A DNA stretch of 64,000 bases. Source: Angustibacter luteus (GTDB lineage: Bacteria > Actinomycetota > Actinomycetes > Actinomycetales > Angustibacteraceae). The position numbers were made by a program, and so were the translations under genes. Below the pieces are notes generated by a model. The model saw nothing but the letters and a program-made list of their open reading frames with translations, was not told the DNA's origin and did not search any database. Shown here piece after piece: positions 51,299 through 60,848 of this stretch (the stretch's first letter is position 1; each line of letters opens with the position of its first letter). The DNA is taken from assembly GCF_039541115.1 (NCBI RefSeq), contig NZ_BAABFP010000008.1:496001-560000 (forward strand), in the 5' to 3' direction.

Positions 51299-51928
51299 AT
51301 GGCTTTGGAGACCACACGGTTGCTCTACCTTGCGCGTCACGCCGAGCCAGAAGGCGGCGACAGCTCGGGACTGACGTCGAACGGTGCACGGCAGGCTGAG
51401 TACTTGGGCCGGCGACTCGCACCTCTGGCGGTGGGCCGAATCACGCATGGGCCGCTCCCCCGTGCGGCCGAGACGGCACGAGTGATGGCGGAGCAGTTCG
51501 ATCAGATGCCCTCACTCTCTGAACTCGACGCCGCAGGCGACTACGTCCCACATGTGCCGGGTCGTGACGAACTGCCCGATGCCTGGGCGGACGCCGTGCT
51601 GTCCTTCATGGGAGACGTCTCCCAGGACGAGGTGGCCCACGGCGCCACTCTCGGTGCCCGGGCCGTCGATCTGCTGGCCGGCCCTGCGGTGGATGGGCGG
51701 GAACCTGTCGATGTCGTCGTTACCCACGCTTTCACTATCGGGTGGTTGGTGCGCCACGCGTTGGACGCCCCGGCCTGGCGCTGGTTCCCCCCGAACCAAT
51801 GCCACGCCGGACTGACGGTCATCAGGTACGAGGTCGACGGCCCTCCGTCGGTCGTCGTCGCCAACGACATCGCTCACCTACCGACCGAACTCCAGTGGAC
51901 CGGATTTCCGATGCATCTGCGGCTGTGA
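51299..51928 (+). CDS. Histidine phosphatase (phosphoglycerate mutase) family
   Basis: LYLARHAE, GPLPRAAETA, VVTHAFTI. Confidence 0.85.
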   Translation: MALETTRLLYLARHAEPEGGDSSGLTSNGARQAEYLGRRLAPLAVGRITHGPLPRAAETARVMAEQFDQMPSLSELDAAGDYVPHVPGRDELPDAWADAVLSFMGDVSQDEVAHGATLGARAVDLLAGPAVDGREPVDVVVTHAFTIGWLVRHALDAPAWRWFPPNQCHAGLTVIRYEVDGPPSVVVANDIAHLPTELQWTGFPMHLRL

Positions 51929-51934
51929 GGCACC

Positions 51935-51956
51935 CGTCCGCTCATCGGCCTTGACC
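51935..51956 (+). repeat. Array repeat, left end only
   Basis: CGTCCGCTCATCGGCCTTGACC six nt after the stop. Confidence 0.55.
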
Positions 51957-52140
51957 ACAGGGAGGCATGACCGTCCTCGCTGTGGCCTGTTCCAATGGCG
52001 CCGTCAACTCCGCAAAAGTGGCCGGTCACCTTTGAGGTGATGGCCGCTGAGAGACCGTCTTCGGTGGTGGTCGCCTCAGCACCGATCTTGCGGGGCCGGG
52101 CTCGCTTGACCGCGACCTCTGGGCAGGTAAGCATCTGCGG

Positions 52141-52950
52141 ATGCTTCCTGATGCGTTTCGCCTCGCCGATCGCGTCGCGTTGGTCACTGGTGCGGGCGCG
52201 CCGGACGGCATCGGCCTGTCGGCGGCCCGACTGCTGGGTGCTCTTGGTGCCCGAGTGGCAGTGTCGGCGACCACCGACCGCGTGGTGGAACGCGCCGCCG
52301 AGCTGCAAGTATCGGGTGTCGACTCCATGGGGGTGGTGGCTGACCTCACCCAGGACGACCAGGTGCGGCAGGCACTCGCTGCAGTCGAGCGGGAGCTCGG
52401 TCGGCCCACGATCCTGGTGAATTGCGCGGGGATGACGAGCCTCAGCGCACCTGCGATCGACGTTGCGTCCTCTGGTGGCGAGGAGTCCGGGACTGCAACC
52501 GGTATGACCTACGACCTGTGGCGCCGGTCGCTCGCTCGCAACCTTGACACGGCGTTCCTGACGACGCGGGCGGTGCTTCCGGGGATGCAGCAAGCGGGCT
52601 GGGGTCGAGTCGTCATGGTGGCCTCGGTGACCGGGCCGGTCATGGCGATGCGGGGGGAGGCGGCCTACGCCGCCGCCAAGGCCGGCATGGTGGGCTTGGC
52701 CCGCTCCATCGCAGTGGACTACGCCCGGGACGGCGTCACTTCCAATGCCGTGGCGCCCGGCTGGGTCCGCACCGGTAGCCAGACCGCCGACGAGGCGATC
52801 CAAGCGCGTCACACTCCGGTCGGGAGAAGTGCCACCCCGGACGAGGTCGCCTCGGCCATCGCCTTCTTGTGCAGCCCTGGCGCCTCCTACGTCACCGGTC
52901 AGTGTCTCGTCGTTGACGGCGGCAACAGCATCGCGGAAGAGCGCAGTTGA
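52141..52950 (+). CDS. Short-chain dehydrogenase/reductase (FabG-like)
   Basis: [36 protein letters not shown]. Confidence 0.92.
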   Translation: MLPDAFRLADRVALVTGAGAPDGIGLSAARLLGALGARVAVSATTDRVVERAAELQVSGVDSMGVVADLTQDDQVRQALAAVERELGRPTILVNCAGMTSLSAPAIDVASSGGEESGTATGMTYDLWRRSLARNLDTAFLTTRAVLPGMQQAGWGRVVMVASVTGPVMAMRGEAAYAAAKAGMVGLARSIAVDYARDGVTSNAVAPGWVRTGSQTADEAIQARHTPVGRSATPDEVASAIAFLCSPGASYVTGQCLVVDGGNSIAEERS

Positions 52951-53068
52951 TCGGACCGGATGCCACCCCGTGCCCGTTGCCTTCAGGATCGCCCTGAGCG
53001 GCGTACCCGCGTGGGTTGGGTCTTCGGCCGGTAACGGGCACCAGGAAGCGCCGGGCCTCAGGACATCT

Positions 53069-53093
53069 CCACCCTCACCGCAGCAGATCCGGA
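53069..53093 (+). repeat. Array repeat (module B part)
   Basis: CCACCCTCACCGCAGCAGATCCGGA. Confidence 0.75.
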
Positions 53094-53112
53094 ATCCAAA
53101 TCCCGAGAGCAC

Positions 53113-53475
53113 CTACCAAGTCCATAGCACGACGATCACAGCCAGCAGGATGCCGCCGCAGAGCGGGACGAACCAGTTCTCGAACTTCTCATCCCCGTCA
53201 GTCCAACCTTCAGGGCGCTCCCGGCCGCCAAACGCCGTGAGCTCGACCCTGCTGCGCACGACGAGGATCGCGGCTAGGCCCACGCCCGCCATGATGGCGA
53301 GCGCCTCGTTCACAGTGGTGGCCGATGCTGCCAGGCCGCTGCAACAGACGAGGACGAAGGCGAACATCGCTGCCAGAGCGATGCGACGCTCGTGGCCGTG
53401 CCAACGATGGCAAGCCGCCCAGACCGCGAGGCCCCAAGAGATGAGCGCACACAGCGCTGGGCCTGCGGTGATCAT
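53113..53475 (-). CDS. Small multi-TM hypothetical protein
   Basis: Four hydrophobic segments. Confidence 0.55.
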   Translation of the reverse strand: MITAGPALCALISWGLAVWAACHRWHGHERRIALAAMFAFVLVCCSGLAASATTVNEALAIMAGVGLAAILVVRSRVELTAFGGRERPEGWTDGDEKFENWFVPLCGGILLAVIVVLWTW

Positions 53476-53585
53476 TCATCGTCCATGTGCGTGCCTCGGC
53501 GTAAGCGTCGATTCTCCCGGATCGTTTAGCGTCCCATCGGCCACCGGGTTCACGACCTGATGGGCCGAGGACCTGGCCATGGAAG

Positions 53586-53630
53586 ATCCGCTCATCCGGG
53601 ACGACAGGCCACCCTCCGCGGCAGATGAGG
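53586..53630 (+). repeat. Array repeat (short, diverged)
   Basis: ATCCGCTCATCCGGGACGAC..CCACCCTCCGCGGCAGATG. Confidence 0.65.
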
Positions 53631-53731
53631 TCGCCGGCGTGGCCGCGCGCCTAGCCGGCCAGCAGTCCGGCTCAGCCATGAATCGCCAACTGTGATGGGG
53701 TTCCATCTGCACGCCCACTCCGGCGTAGCCG

Positions 53732-54328
53732 TTAGTTGTACACGCCCTTGGCGAACAGGCGCTGCACGATCACCCGCGTCTCGCGGGCGCGTCCAGATGA
53801 GTTGAACGCGAATGCTCCGGCCTCGAAGAGTTCAACCAGCCCCTCCATGTACTCAGCGAGGCTGCCAAACACCCGCTCTGAGTAGCGGTCGATCATCAGT
53901 TCAAGCTCCAGATTGAGCACCGGCGTTGGTGCTGCAGCGGGTCCTGAACAGTCAAGAACTGGGCCACGCGTGCGATTGGTCGTGGGTGTGTGCCAGGTGC
54001 GTCCGAACAGGAAGTCAGCCGTAACTCCAAAGTCGGCGGCCAAGTCGGCGGCCTCCCTGCGACGAAACTGAGTATTCGCGAGGTCCTCTTCGAAACCGCC
54101 AGACCTAAACTCCAGGTCCAGGGACCAACTCCCCCACCCGTTGTGCCAGCCGTAGTAGGCGACGATCTCGTCGGTGAAAGTCAGGCCAAGGTCCTCACCA
54201 CGTTGGCGCACTTCGTCCTCCGAGGCCCCCGGAGGGAGCGCCGCGTTAGGAACGGCCGTTAATACGATCTCGTCAAGCCGGGAAAGGGCAACCTGAAGTC
54301 GCGCCACGAACTCGTTGTTGGTCATCAC
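53732..54328 (-). CDS. SMI1/KNR4 (SUKH)-family immunity-like protein
   Basis: LPPGASEDEV....EDLGLTFTDEIVAYYGWHNG; FGSLAEYMEGLVELFEAG; GGAGGGG RBS. Confidence 0.75.
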   Translation of the reverse strand: MMTNNEFVARLQVALSRLDEIVLTAVPNAALPPGASEDEVRQRGEDLGLTFTDEIVAYYGWHNGWGSWSLDLEFRSGGFEEDLANTQFRRREAADLAADFGVTADFLFGRTWHTPTTNRTRGPVLDCSGPAAAPTPVLNLELELMIDRYSERVFGSLAEYMEGLVELFEAGAFAFNSSGRARETRVIVQRLFAKGVYN

Positions 54329-54399
54329 GAGCTAAGTCCCCTCCGCAGCGCATCGCTGTCTGCACCATCGTCTCAGGAGTTGGAACGGGCCCGACGCAC

Positions 54400-54481
54400 C
54401 ATCCGAACATCGGCACGACCGCGCACGCTCGGTGGCAGATCCGGGCGAGCGTAGCTGCCCTCACCGCGGCAGACTCGGATG
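54400..54481 (+). repeat. Array repeat, full-length 82 bp (A+B)
   Basis: CATCCGAACATCGGCACGACCGC...GCGGCAGACTCGGATG with CATCCG/CGGATG termini. Confidence 0.93.
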
Positions 54482-54482
54482 T

Positions 54483-54911
54483 TCAGGAGCCCGGGTTTCG
54501 CGACCTCGTCCATCGTGCGAGGCGAGCCTCGACAGCGGGTGTGTTGTGCCCCTTCTCGAGCCAAGCGTGAGACAGGGCCCGGGCGAAGGACGGGGATTGA
54601 CGCGCGTTCAGCTCGATCGCGTCTACGACCGAGTCCCCATGCTCATGCAGAAGATCCTCGAGGGGCCCGGCGCCCACGGTCTCACCGTCGTCGTGGGGCG
54701 GCGACGCGTCGTTGAGGCGACGAAGGAACGCCACCCCGGCGTCGCCGCCAGCATCGACCATCGCGCGCACTGCATCGTCGGCTGCTTGCACCTCTGCCGG
54801 CTGTCCCTGCTCGAGAGCCCTGCGCTCTTGGCGGGACCCGACCGTGCGTCGCTGGAACTCCCACCAGTTCGCAGCCAACTGCTCGAACTCTCGATCAGGC
54901 ATCCTCACCAT
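54483..54911 (-). CDS. Hypothetical protein (DUF6869-like, GAGPLEDLL motif)
   Basis: VGAGPLEDLLHEHG...FARALSHAW. Confidence 0.7.
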   Translation of the reverse strand: MVRMPDREFEQLAANWWEFQRRTVGSRQERRALEQGQPAEVQAADDAVRAMVDAGGDAGVAFLRRLNDASPPHDDGETVGAGPLEDLLHEHGDSVVDAIELNARQSPSFARALSHAWLEKGHNTPAVEARLARWTRSRNPGS

Positions 54912-54937
54912 CCAATCCTTCGAGACACATTCACCTC

Positions 54938-54975
54938 GCATGACCGCGCCACCTTCAACGCGGCAGATCCCGACG
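54938..54975 (+). repeat. Array repeat (B)
   Basis: GCATGACCGCGCCACCTTCAACGCGGCAGATCCCGACG. Confidence 0.8.
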
Positions 54976-55020
54976 AAGAGTTGTCGCCCAGTCCCGAACC
55001 GGACGCACGAAGTACCGGAA

Positions 55021-55260
55021 CTATTCGTCGCCCCACTCAGCCGTAAGCCGGCGACGCAACAAGTCCACTTGGACTGTCATCGCGCCGAGCAGCTCCTCAA
55101 GGTTGGCCGACTCAGACGTGCGGAACGACCACGTCACGTCCCCGTCGCGGTCTAGGCACTTGATCAAGGCGAACGTGAACAGCGGAACCTCGCCCTCGTC
55201 CAGCGGATGAAGGGTCTGCCCGGGCAGGACTTGCTCAATGGGTTGGCGCTCCTCGGTCAT
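55021..55260 (-). CDS. Small hypothetical protein
   Basis: CATACT -10 six nt before ATG; FALIKCLD.DG..WSFR...EELLGA. Confidence 0.7.
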   Translation of the reverse strand: MTEERQPIEQVLPGQTLHPLDEGEVPLFTFALIKCLDRDGDVTWSFRTSESANLEELLGAMTVQVDLLRRRLTAEWGDE

Positions 55261-55269
55261 GACCCAAGT

Positions 55270-55377
55270 ATGACCGCGCACCCGGCGCACGACTCGCGGC
55301 AGATCCGGGCGAGCGGTCGCCCTCAACGCGGCAGATCCGGGCGAGGGTAGCCGCCCTCAGCGCGGCAGATCTGGACG
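55270..55377 (+). repeat. Array repeat with tandem B modules (A'+B+B)
   Basis: GCGGCAGATC cores at 55296, 55328 and 55362. Confidence 0.92.
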
Positions 55378-55489
55378 CTCCGCGCGGTCACGTTGGCTGC
55401 TTCTGAGAACTGTCTCTGCGATGGAACGGAGGCGGATACCCTCACCGTCACAACGGGGAGTGCGAGGCGGTTCAAGGTGGAGGACTGAG

Positions 55490-56080
55490 ATGGCGCAGAC
55501 CGCAGTGGAGCCAGCTCCGCCGCCGGTGCGGCGCGGGCGGAGGTTCGTCATCGGCGCGGTCGTCTTCGTGCTGGTTCTACTCGGCGCCGCGATCTGGCCA
55601 GGTCCGGCGCTGTACAGCCATGAGCGCATCACCCGCGCGGACATGCTGCTGCGCCCCGCGACCGGGTTCGGCCTCAGCGAGGACACCTGGTCTGCCATCG
55701 GGCTACAACAAGATGACGCGGTCGTGGCGACCATCATCGTGACCTGGACCGCCCCGTTGCGAGTCGGCGACGACTGCCCGGTCCGCGTTGTGGTCGGCGC
55801 TCCCGCTGGCGAGTGGAAGCTGCTGAACGTACTCCCGGTGCCGGGTCAGCAGGTGGTGCAACGAGCAGACGACGCGGTGACCTTCGAGTCCGACCCGGGC
55901 AGTCAGCGCGTGGTCCACCTGTCGTTTGCGACCGACGGCGCCGATCAGGCGAACGTGCAGGACGCCCTGGACGGCGGCGGGCACGTCCTGCTGCAACGGA
56001 GGTGCCCCGACCACTCAAGCCGGTTGGAGAAGAGCAGCTACGACGTGACCTCCGAGCTGCCCGGCCCGACCACCGGGTAG
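55490..56080 (+). CDS. Membrane-anchored hypothetical protein
   Basis: GGAGG RBS, N-terminal TM after RRGRR. Confidence 0.65.
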   Translation: MAQTAVEPAPPPVRRGRRFVIGAVVFVLVLLGAAIWPGPALYSHERITRADMLLRPATGFGLSEDTWSAIGLQQDDAVVATIIVTWTAPLRVGDDCPVRVVVGAPAGEWKLLNVLPVPGQQVVQRADDAVTFESDPGSQRVVHLSFATDGADQANVQDALDGGGHVLLQRRCPDHSSRLEKSSYDVTSELPGPTTG

Positions 56081-56237
56081 GTCGAGCGAGCTGGGCCTTG
56101 GCATGTGCGCCGTGGGCGCAGCTTCGGCTGTCAACGGCGACATGGTCGGCGGGTGCGGCACGTCACCGCGGGCCACCTGGTCGGGCAGGATGACACAAGT
56201 GCCCTATCGCCGTCGATCAGATCGCAGGCGATTGAAC

Positions 56238-56777
56238 ATGGCCCGGTATGCCGTGCTGGCAGCTGCAACGGCGCGCCAATCGCTTGGGCCGGCGTTGGTC
56301 GACCTGGGCCTCATGCGGACGGGGGACGGGCCTGGACGCGTGCACCTCTTCAGGTACGCGTGCTCGTCGACTCGAAGGCCGGGGACCCTTACCGCGGCGG
56401 CGCGTTCACCCTCGAGTTCGAGCTGTCCTCAGTCGGGCACTTCGAGAGGAAGCTCGCTGGCCGGGTGCGGCTGGACCAACTCCTCGACGCCAACCAGCCG
56501 GGCGGAGTTCCTGCAGATGCGCAACACGATGGCAGCGCGGCTCGAACAGCCACCTGAAGAGCACCTGGCTCACGTCCCGGAGTCCCTACGCGACGAGTAC
56601 CTCCGGCCCTTCACCGAAGCGGACGAACTGGGCCGGCGCTTCTGGATGCGGTTCCGCAGCGAAGCGGACGCCGCCGATTGGTGCAGGTGCGTACGCGGCA
56701 TGCTGCCCGCTGCCATCGAACGGGCGGGCACCTTGTCGCCCCACACCCTGTACCTCGGCGAAGACCTGGACTGGTGA
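56238..56777 (+). pseudogene. Probable doubly frameshifted cassette gene
   Basis: Protein-like text switches frame near 56335 and returns near 56497. Confidence 0.5.
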
Positions 56778-56915
56778 CACCCGGCGCAGACGAAGGCGAG
56801 CGGGCGCGTTGACCTCACGCGGCTGCGTGTCAGTTCTGGACGGCCGCCAACACCGACGGCAAGACTCCAAGTCGATGCACCACGAGCGACGAGCGGGGAC
56901 AGCACGATGACCGAC

Positions 56916-57338
56916 ATGCCTTGCCTCGCGATCGGGGCCGTGCTGGGCGACTCGGACTCGGAGAGCCGGGACTGGGGTCGAGCGATCAGGGAGGTTTCGA
57001 TGGAAGCCAGCGCGCTGTGTGCCGAGGTCAACAGCCCGATCTTGGTGAACGCTGTCCTCCACGTGGACGGGCGCATCGTGCCGAACGAATTCACGGGGGT
57101 CCGGACTGGCCGGTACGACCGCCACACCCACGTCCTGGTGGTGCAAGTCGCGATGGGCAATCATGCTCCAGTCGACGGCGACCGACGAACGGTGCTTGTC
57201 AACCTGGTGGCTGACGCCTTGGACGAAGCTGAGCGGTACGCAAAGCGAAGAGGGTTGGCGGATTCGCTGCCCGAGCTCCGCCAGGTCTTGCGCCAACTGC
57301 AGCGGCCGACCGGACAGGGGAACTGCCCAGAAACCTGA
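56916..57338 (+). CDS. Hypothetical cassette protein
   Basis: CACGAT -10 seven nt before ATG; FTGVRTGRY..LVVQVA. Confidence 0.7.
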   Translation: MPCLAIGAVLGDSDSESRDWGRAIREVSMEASALCAEVNSPILVNAVLHVDGRIVPNEFTGVRTGRYDRHTHVLVVQVAMGNHAPVDGDRRTVLVNLVADALDEAERYAKRRGLADSLPELRQVLRQLQRPTGQGNCPET

Positions 57339-57380
57339 CTGTCTCCGTTGCAGACAGACGTCCTACGTCGGAAGGGGCAG

Positions 57381-57847
57381 GTGCGAGTGGCGGTCGGCGC
57401 CACCATCGTTGGGGCTATGTCGTTCCCCGCCGGAGAGCCGGAAGTCGAGCACGTGACCCTGACGCAGCCCGGCAAGGCTCACCCCGGGTACTCGTTGCGC
57501 GCCTCGCATCTGTCAGGGATGGCCATGTGTGTCGAAGTCGCTACCCGAAGGGGGGCTCGCGTGGCTGCCCGCACGAGTCGGAGAACCCGGCCTTCCTGGA
57601 GTCGACAGCAACGCCGGCCGGCTGGGTCGCCATCGCCGACGGCCCGATGGGCGCGACTGACCTCGGCGTCCGTATGCAGGGCACCAAGACAACCCTGCCC
57701 GCTCAACCGATGCCGCAGGAACTGGGTTCGGGGACGTATTTGATCATCACCGTGCCGAGCGACGAAGTACGGCTCACCCTGACCTGGAAGGACGAGGGCG
57801 GCCGACGCATTGCGACGCAGCATCGAACAGCAATCGAAGGCAACTGA
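57381..57847 (+). pseudogene. Probable frameshifted gene (G6 run at 57550-57555)
   Basis: Protein-like reading continues in a different frame after the G tract. Confidence 0.4.
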
Positions 57848-57861
57848 CCGCCAACACTTGG

Positions 57862-57889
57862 GCCCTCACCGCGGCAGATCCGGGCGAGC
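57862..57889 (+). repeat. Array repeat (B core)
   Basis: GCCCTCACCGCGGCAGATCCGGGCGAGC. Confidence 0.88.
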
Positions 57890-58151
57890 CGGGAGCAAGG
57901 CGCGGCGCTGCTGGCCCCATGCGAAGTGAGTCTCGCAGCCCCAATCCTCGAGTCCATCGGCGAGGACCCGCAGTTCCTCGAGCCAGCGATCGAGGCTCGA
58001 CGGTTTCCAGATGAACTCTTCTCCTTGCGCGCGGACTTGCACCCACCACATCCCTCCAGGAGGCGGTGGATCGAGCTCCCGCATGGTGCGCCCGAATGGA
58101 GGCGTGCTGTCAGCGGTCCACCCCAGCGCACACCGTCGCGCCGGCGACGTC

Positions 58152-58232
58152 AGCGACCCACAGGCACGACCGCAGGCGCTCCGTGGCAGTTCCGGGCGAG
58201 CAGTCGCCCTCAACGCGGCATGACCGGTCGCT
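58152..58232 (+). repeat. Array repeat (A+B)
   Basis: GGCACGACCGC..GTGGCAGTTCCGGGCGAGCAGTCGCCCTCAACGCGGCATGACCGGTCG; flanked by AGCGACC/GGTCGCT; overlaps the CTA stop at 58231. Confidence 0.88.
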
Positions 58233-58515
58233 ACTCGTTTACCTGAGATCGAAGACGCCTGACCTCCGCCACCAAGGCGGGCAGTGCGTTTCGTGCCGCG
58301 GCAACCAAGTCGCAGGTAGAAGTGTCCGCTGGACCGTTGTCACGGGCGAGGTACAGGTCACCCAGGCGAGCTGACCCCTCGCCGACCCGGATGAAGGTGT
58401 CGCCGGACAACGGATCGCGCCCCTCGACGATCGACGTCCACGGGGGCGGGTCTGCCGCCTCGGACAGTCGCAGGAGCCGATCAAGTGCCGCTTCGTCGAG
58501 GGCCATCTCCTCCAT
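58231..58515 (-). CDS. Small hypothetical protein
   Basis: AADPPPW...DLVAAARNALPALVAEVRRLR. Confidence 0.7.
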   Translation of the reverse strand: MEEMALDEAALDRLLRLSEAADPPPWTSIVEGRDPLSGDTFIRVGEGSARLGDLYLARDNGPADTSTCDLVAAARNALPALVAEVRRLRSQVNE

Positions 58516-58553
58516 GCAGGACATGGTGTCCGAAGGCGGATCGAAGTGCACTC

Positions 58554-58620
58554 ACATCGGCACGACGCGCACGATCAGCGGCAATTTCGGGCGACCGGAG
58601 CCGCCCTCACCGCGGCCCGG
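58554..58620 (+). repeat. Array repeat (A+B)
   Basis: ACATCGGCACGACGCGCACGATCAGCGGCAATTTCGGGCGACCGGAGCCGCCCTCACCGCGGC. Confidence 0.88.
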
Positions 58621-58653
58621 TCGGCGCTGATCCGGGAGTCTGCTCGAGTTCCG

Positions 58654-59226
58654 TCAGCCGCGCCAGGACTTCAAGTCTGCTCGCTGCCGTAGCACCTCGG
58701 ACGGTGAGTCGTAGTAGCGAATCAAGACGTCGAGGGCCTTGAGGGTCAGCTTCTTACCCGCGTCGTCGATCCGCCCAGAGAGGCGGAGCAGCGTGAAGCC
58801 GGCGGCGACAGTGATCGTTGCGGCGTCGACGTCCTCTGGGTTGTCCAAGTCGGCGGACACGTCTGAGAGTCCAGCGTCTTCCAGCAGGTCGGTGACTGTG
58901 GTGTCAGGACCGAGTTCTTCACGGCGCTCGTCCCACTCGGAGAGCATGTCGGAGCCCTCATCAGTCCCGAATGGCGCGAACTCACCCGCAGGGTCCTCGT
59001 AAACGGGGTCGGAGAAGTGCGCCGTGAAGGCCGGCGCGGCCTTGGGCAGCTGTCCCCCGGGTATCGGCGCCTTCGTGGTGGTTGAGGGTCGGCTTTGGAC
59101 GGGCGCGGCTTGGCCGGAGTGATTGCACCCGGCAAGAACGGTGATGGCAGCCACGAGAGCCGCGTAGACCATGGGCGTAGATGCGCGACTCACTTGCTTG
59201 GGCACCGCCGTCACGTCAGCAGTCAA
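58654..59226 (-). CDS. Putative lipoprotein with YfeS/MolR-like domain
   Basis: Lipobox VLAGC; APFGTDEGSD.L motif; start uncertain. Confidence 0.6.
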   Translation of the reverse strand: MTADVTAVPKQVSRASTPMVYAALVAAITVLAGCNHSGQAAPVQSRPSTTTKAPIPGGQLPKAAPAFTAHFSDPVYEDPAGEFAPFGTDEGSDMLSEWDERREELGPDTTVTDLLEDAGLSDVSADLDNPEDVDAATITVAAGFTLLRLSGRIDDAGKKLTLKALDVLIRYYDSPSEVLRQRADLKSWRG

Positions 59227-59255
59227 GCATGATGGCTTGAGGGCACCGCGGATGG

Positions 59256-59302
59256 CATCCGCCCATCGGCACGACCGCGCCCGATCAGCGGCAGATCCGG
59301 GC
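59256..59302 (+). repeat. Array repeat (module A only)
   Basis: CATCCGCCCATCGGCACGACCGCGCCCGATCAGCGGCAGATCCGGGC. Confidence 0.92.
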
Positions 59303-59311
59303 CTTTCGGTT

Positions 59312-59674
59312 CTACCACGGGATCAGCCAGCGCCTGATCCGACGACCTTTAGCATCTCGGGGAAGAGGTGGCAGAACTCGCCTCCTCCCCTCTTCATCCA
59401 GTCCCCGCGTTACGAAGCCATGATGGTGGACGTAAATACCGAGTGCAACGAGGCTCAGCAGGCTCGCCGCCAGTACTGTCCCGGCAAGCGCTCCGACCGA
59501 CCCAGCCACGAGGGTGGCAAGCCCCTGGGCCGGGTCGAAACATCCGCAGCCGCCGAGGTCTGGCGCGTGTCCGATGCCAAGGCGCCAACCCTGTCGGGCG
59601 CTTAGGACCATCACCGGCACGACGATGACGCAGAAGCCCACGGCCACGAGCGCAGCGCGAACGCGACGCGACAT
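59312..59674 (-). CDS. Small two-TM hypothetical protein
   Basis: GGAGGTG RBS, two hydrophobic segments. Confidence 0.55.
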   Translation of the reverse strand: MSRRVRAALVAVGFCVIVVPVMVLSARQGWRLGIGHAPDLGGCGCFDPAQGLATLVAGSVGALAGTVLAASLLSLVALGIYVHHHGFVTRGLDEEGRRRVLPPLPRDAKGRRIRRWLIPW

Positions 59675-59782
59675 GCTCACCTCCCGGACGCACCATAAAG
59701 GCCGTCATGGGGTGGATGTGACGTCGTGATCCAACCGTCATCCAGAGCCACCCCGCCAGACGAATCGTCGTCCGACAAAGCG

Positions 59783-59824
59783 CGCTCATCGGCAGGACCG
59801 CGCACGGTCAGCGGCAGATACGGA
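59783..59824 (+). repeat. Array repeat (module A only)
   Basis: CGCTCATCGGCAGGACCGCGCACGGTCAGCGGCAGATACGGA. Confidence 0.88.
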
Positions 59825-59937
59825 AATTCCGACCACCAGTCGGGCACGGTGGTGTCGAGAGCTCGGGATTGCCCCCTTCAAGCGAAGTGCGGCAGCGTTG
59901 GCCTCGATACCCGCAGTTACTGACCTGAGGAGCAGGC

Positions 59938-60138
59938 ATGCTGCCATCGCCGCTGAAGCTTGAGGGTGAGTCGGTCGCCGGGCACGAGCCACCCGAGTTG
60001 CTGGTCTTCTGGGACAACGGGCACGTGGTCGAGCTCCACCTCACCAAGCCCGGGCAAGAGCCCGCAGTCATCAGTCTCGGGCCGAACCAGACCGTCGCCC
60101 TTCGCAACTGGCTCACCGGTTTCCTCAGCGCAGGCTGA
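59938..60138 (+). CDS. Small hypothetical protein
   Basis: GAGGAG RBS, 66 aa between two repeats. Confidence 0.6.
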   Translation: MLPSPLKLEGESVAGHEPPELLVFWDNGHVVELHLTKPGQEPAVISLGPNQTVALRNWLTGFLSAG

Positions 60139-60174
60139 CTCGCACGTCACGGAATGAGAGGCACGCTCCGGCCA

Positions 60175-60221
60175 ATCCGCTCATCGGCACGGCCGCGCGC
60201 GATCAGCGGCATGATCGGATG
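60175..60221 (+). repeat. Array repeat (module A only)
   Basis: ATCCGCTCATCGGCACGGCCGCGCGCGATCAGCGGCATGATCGGATG. Confidence 0.88.
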
Positions 60222-60265
60222 TGCCACAGGGGTGTGCGCCGAGTCTGTCAGGAAGGGTGACGCAA

Positions 60266-60457
60266 GTGAGCAAGCGCAAAGACTTCAGGGCCGAGCAACA
60301 AGAACTTCAGCGGTTGCTCGCTCGCGAGCTGGCCGAGTACGGGCCGCATCCGCTTGGCCCGAAGGACGCGGACAGGGTGGCCTGGCACTTGGCTGATGTC
60401 ACGCTCGCGGTGGTGATCGAAGCGGTGAAGACCGCTGAGGCGCCATCCACTGGCTGA
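60266..60457 (+). CDS. Small hypothetical protein
   Basis: Purine-rich leader, 63-aa helical ORF between repeats. Confidence 0.5.
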   Translation: MSKRKDFRAEQQELQRLLARELAEYGPHPLGPKDADRVAWHLADVTLAVVIEAVKTAEAPSTG

Positions 60458-60482
60458 CCGGCCGCAGTCATGAATCGAACCT

Positions 60483-60540
60483 GCGATCAGCGGTAGATCC
60501 GGGCGAGCGTAGCCGCCCTCAACGCGGCAGATCCGCGCGA
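60483..60540 (+). repeat. Array repeat (A end + B)
   Basis: GCGATCAGCGGTAGATCCGGGCGAGCGTAGCCGCCCTCAACGCGGCAGATCCGCGCGA. Confidence 0.92.
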
Positions 60541-60619
60541 GACCCGGGATTGCGTAGGGTCGTGAGGCTGCTTAAGTCGTCGTGTCGATCCACCGAAGCG
60601 ACCAAGTGCGCATCGCGGC

Positions 60620-60834
60620 TGACAACGTCCAGCCCTGACTTCGCCGATCTGTACACGCCGTTCGACGCGCTCGTCTTCTTCGCAGACGCCGGCAACGGGG
60701 ACCAGTTCGGGGTCGCCATGCGAGCCAACCGGGAGGTCTACGTCTGGAACCACGAGAACGACAGCAGGACCTGGGTCGCGCCGTCCATCCTGAGGTACCT
60801 CGAGGACACGATGTCGGGGCAGACCAAGGTGTGA
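60620..60834 (+). pseudogene. 5'-truncated SMI1/KNR4-family gene
   Basis: PDFADLYTPFDALVFFADAGNGDQF...VYVWNHENDSRTWVAPS is the C-terminal half only. Confidence 0.65.
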
Positions 60835-60848
60835 CTGCCGAGCCAGCG

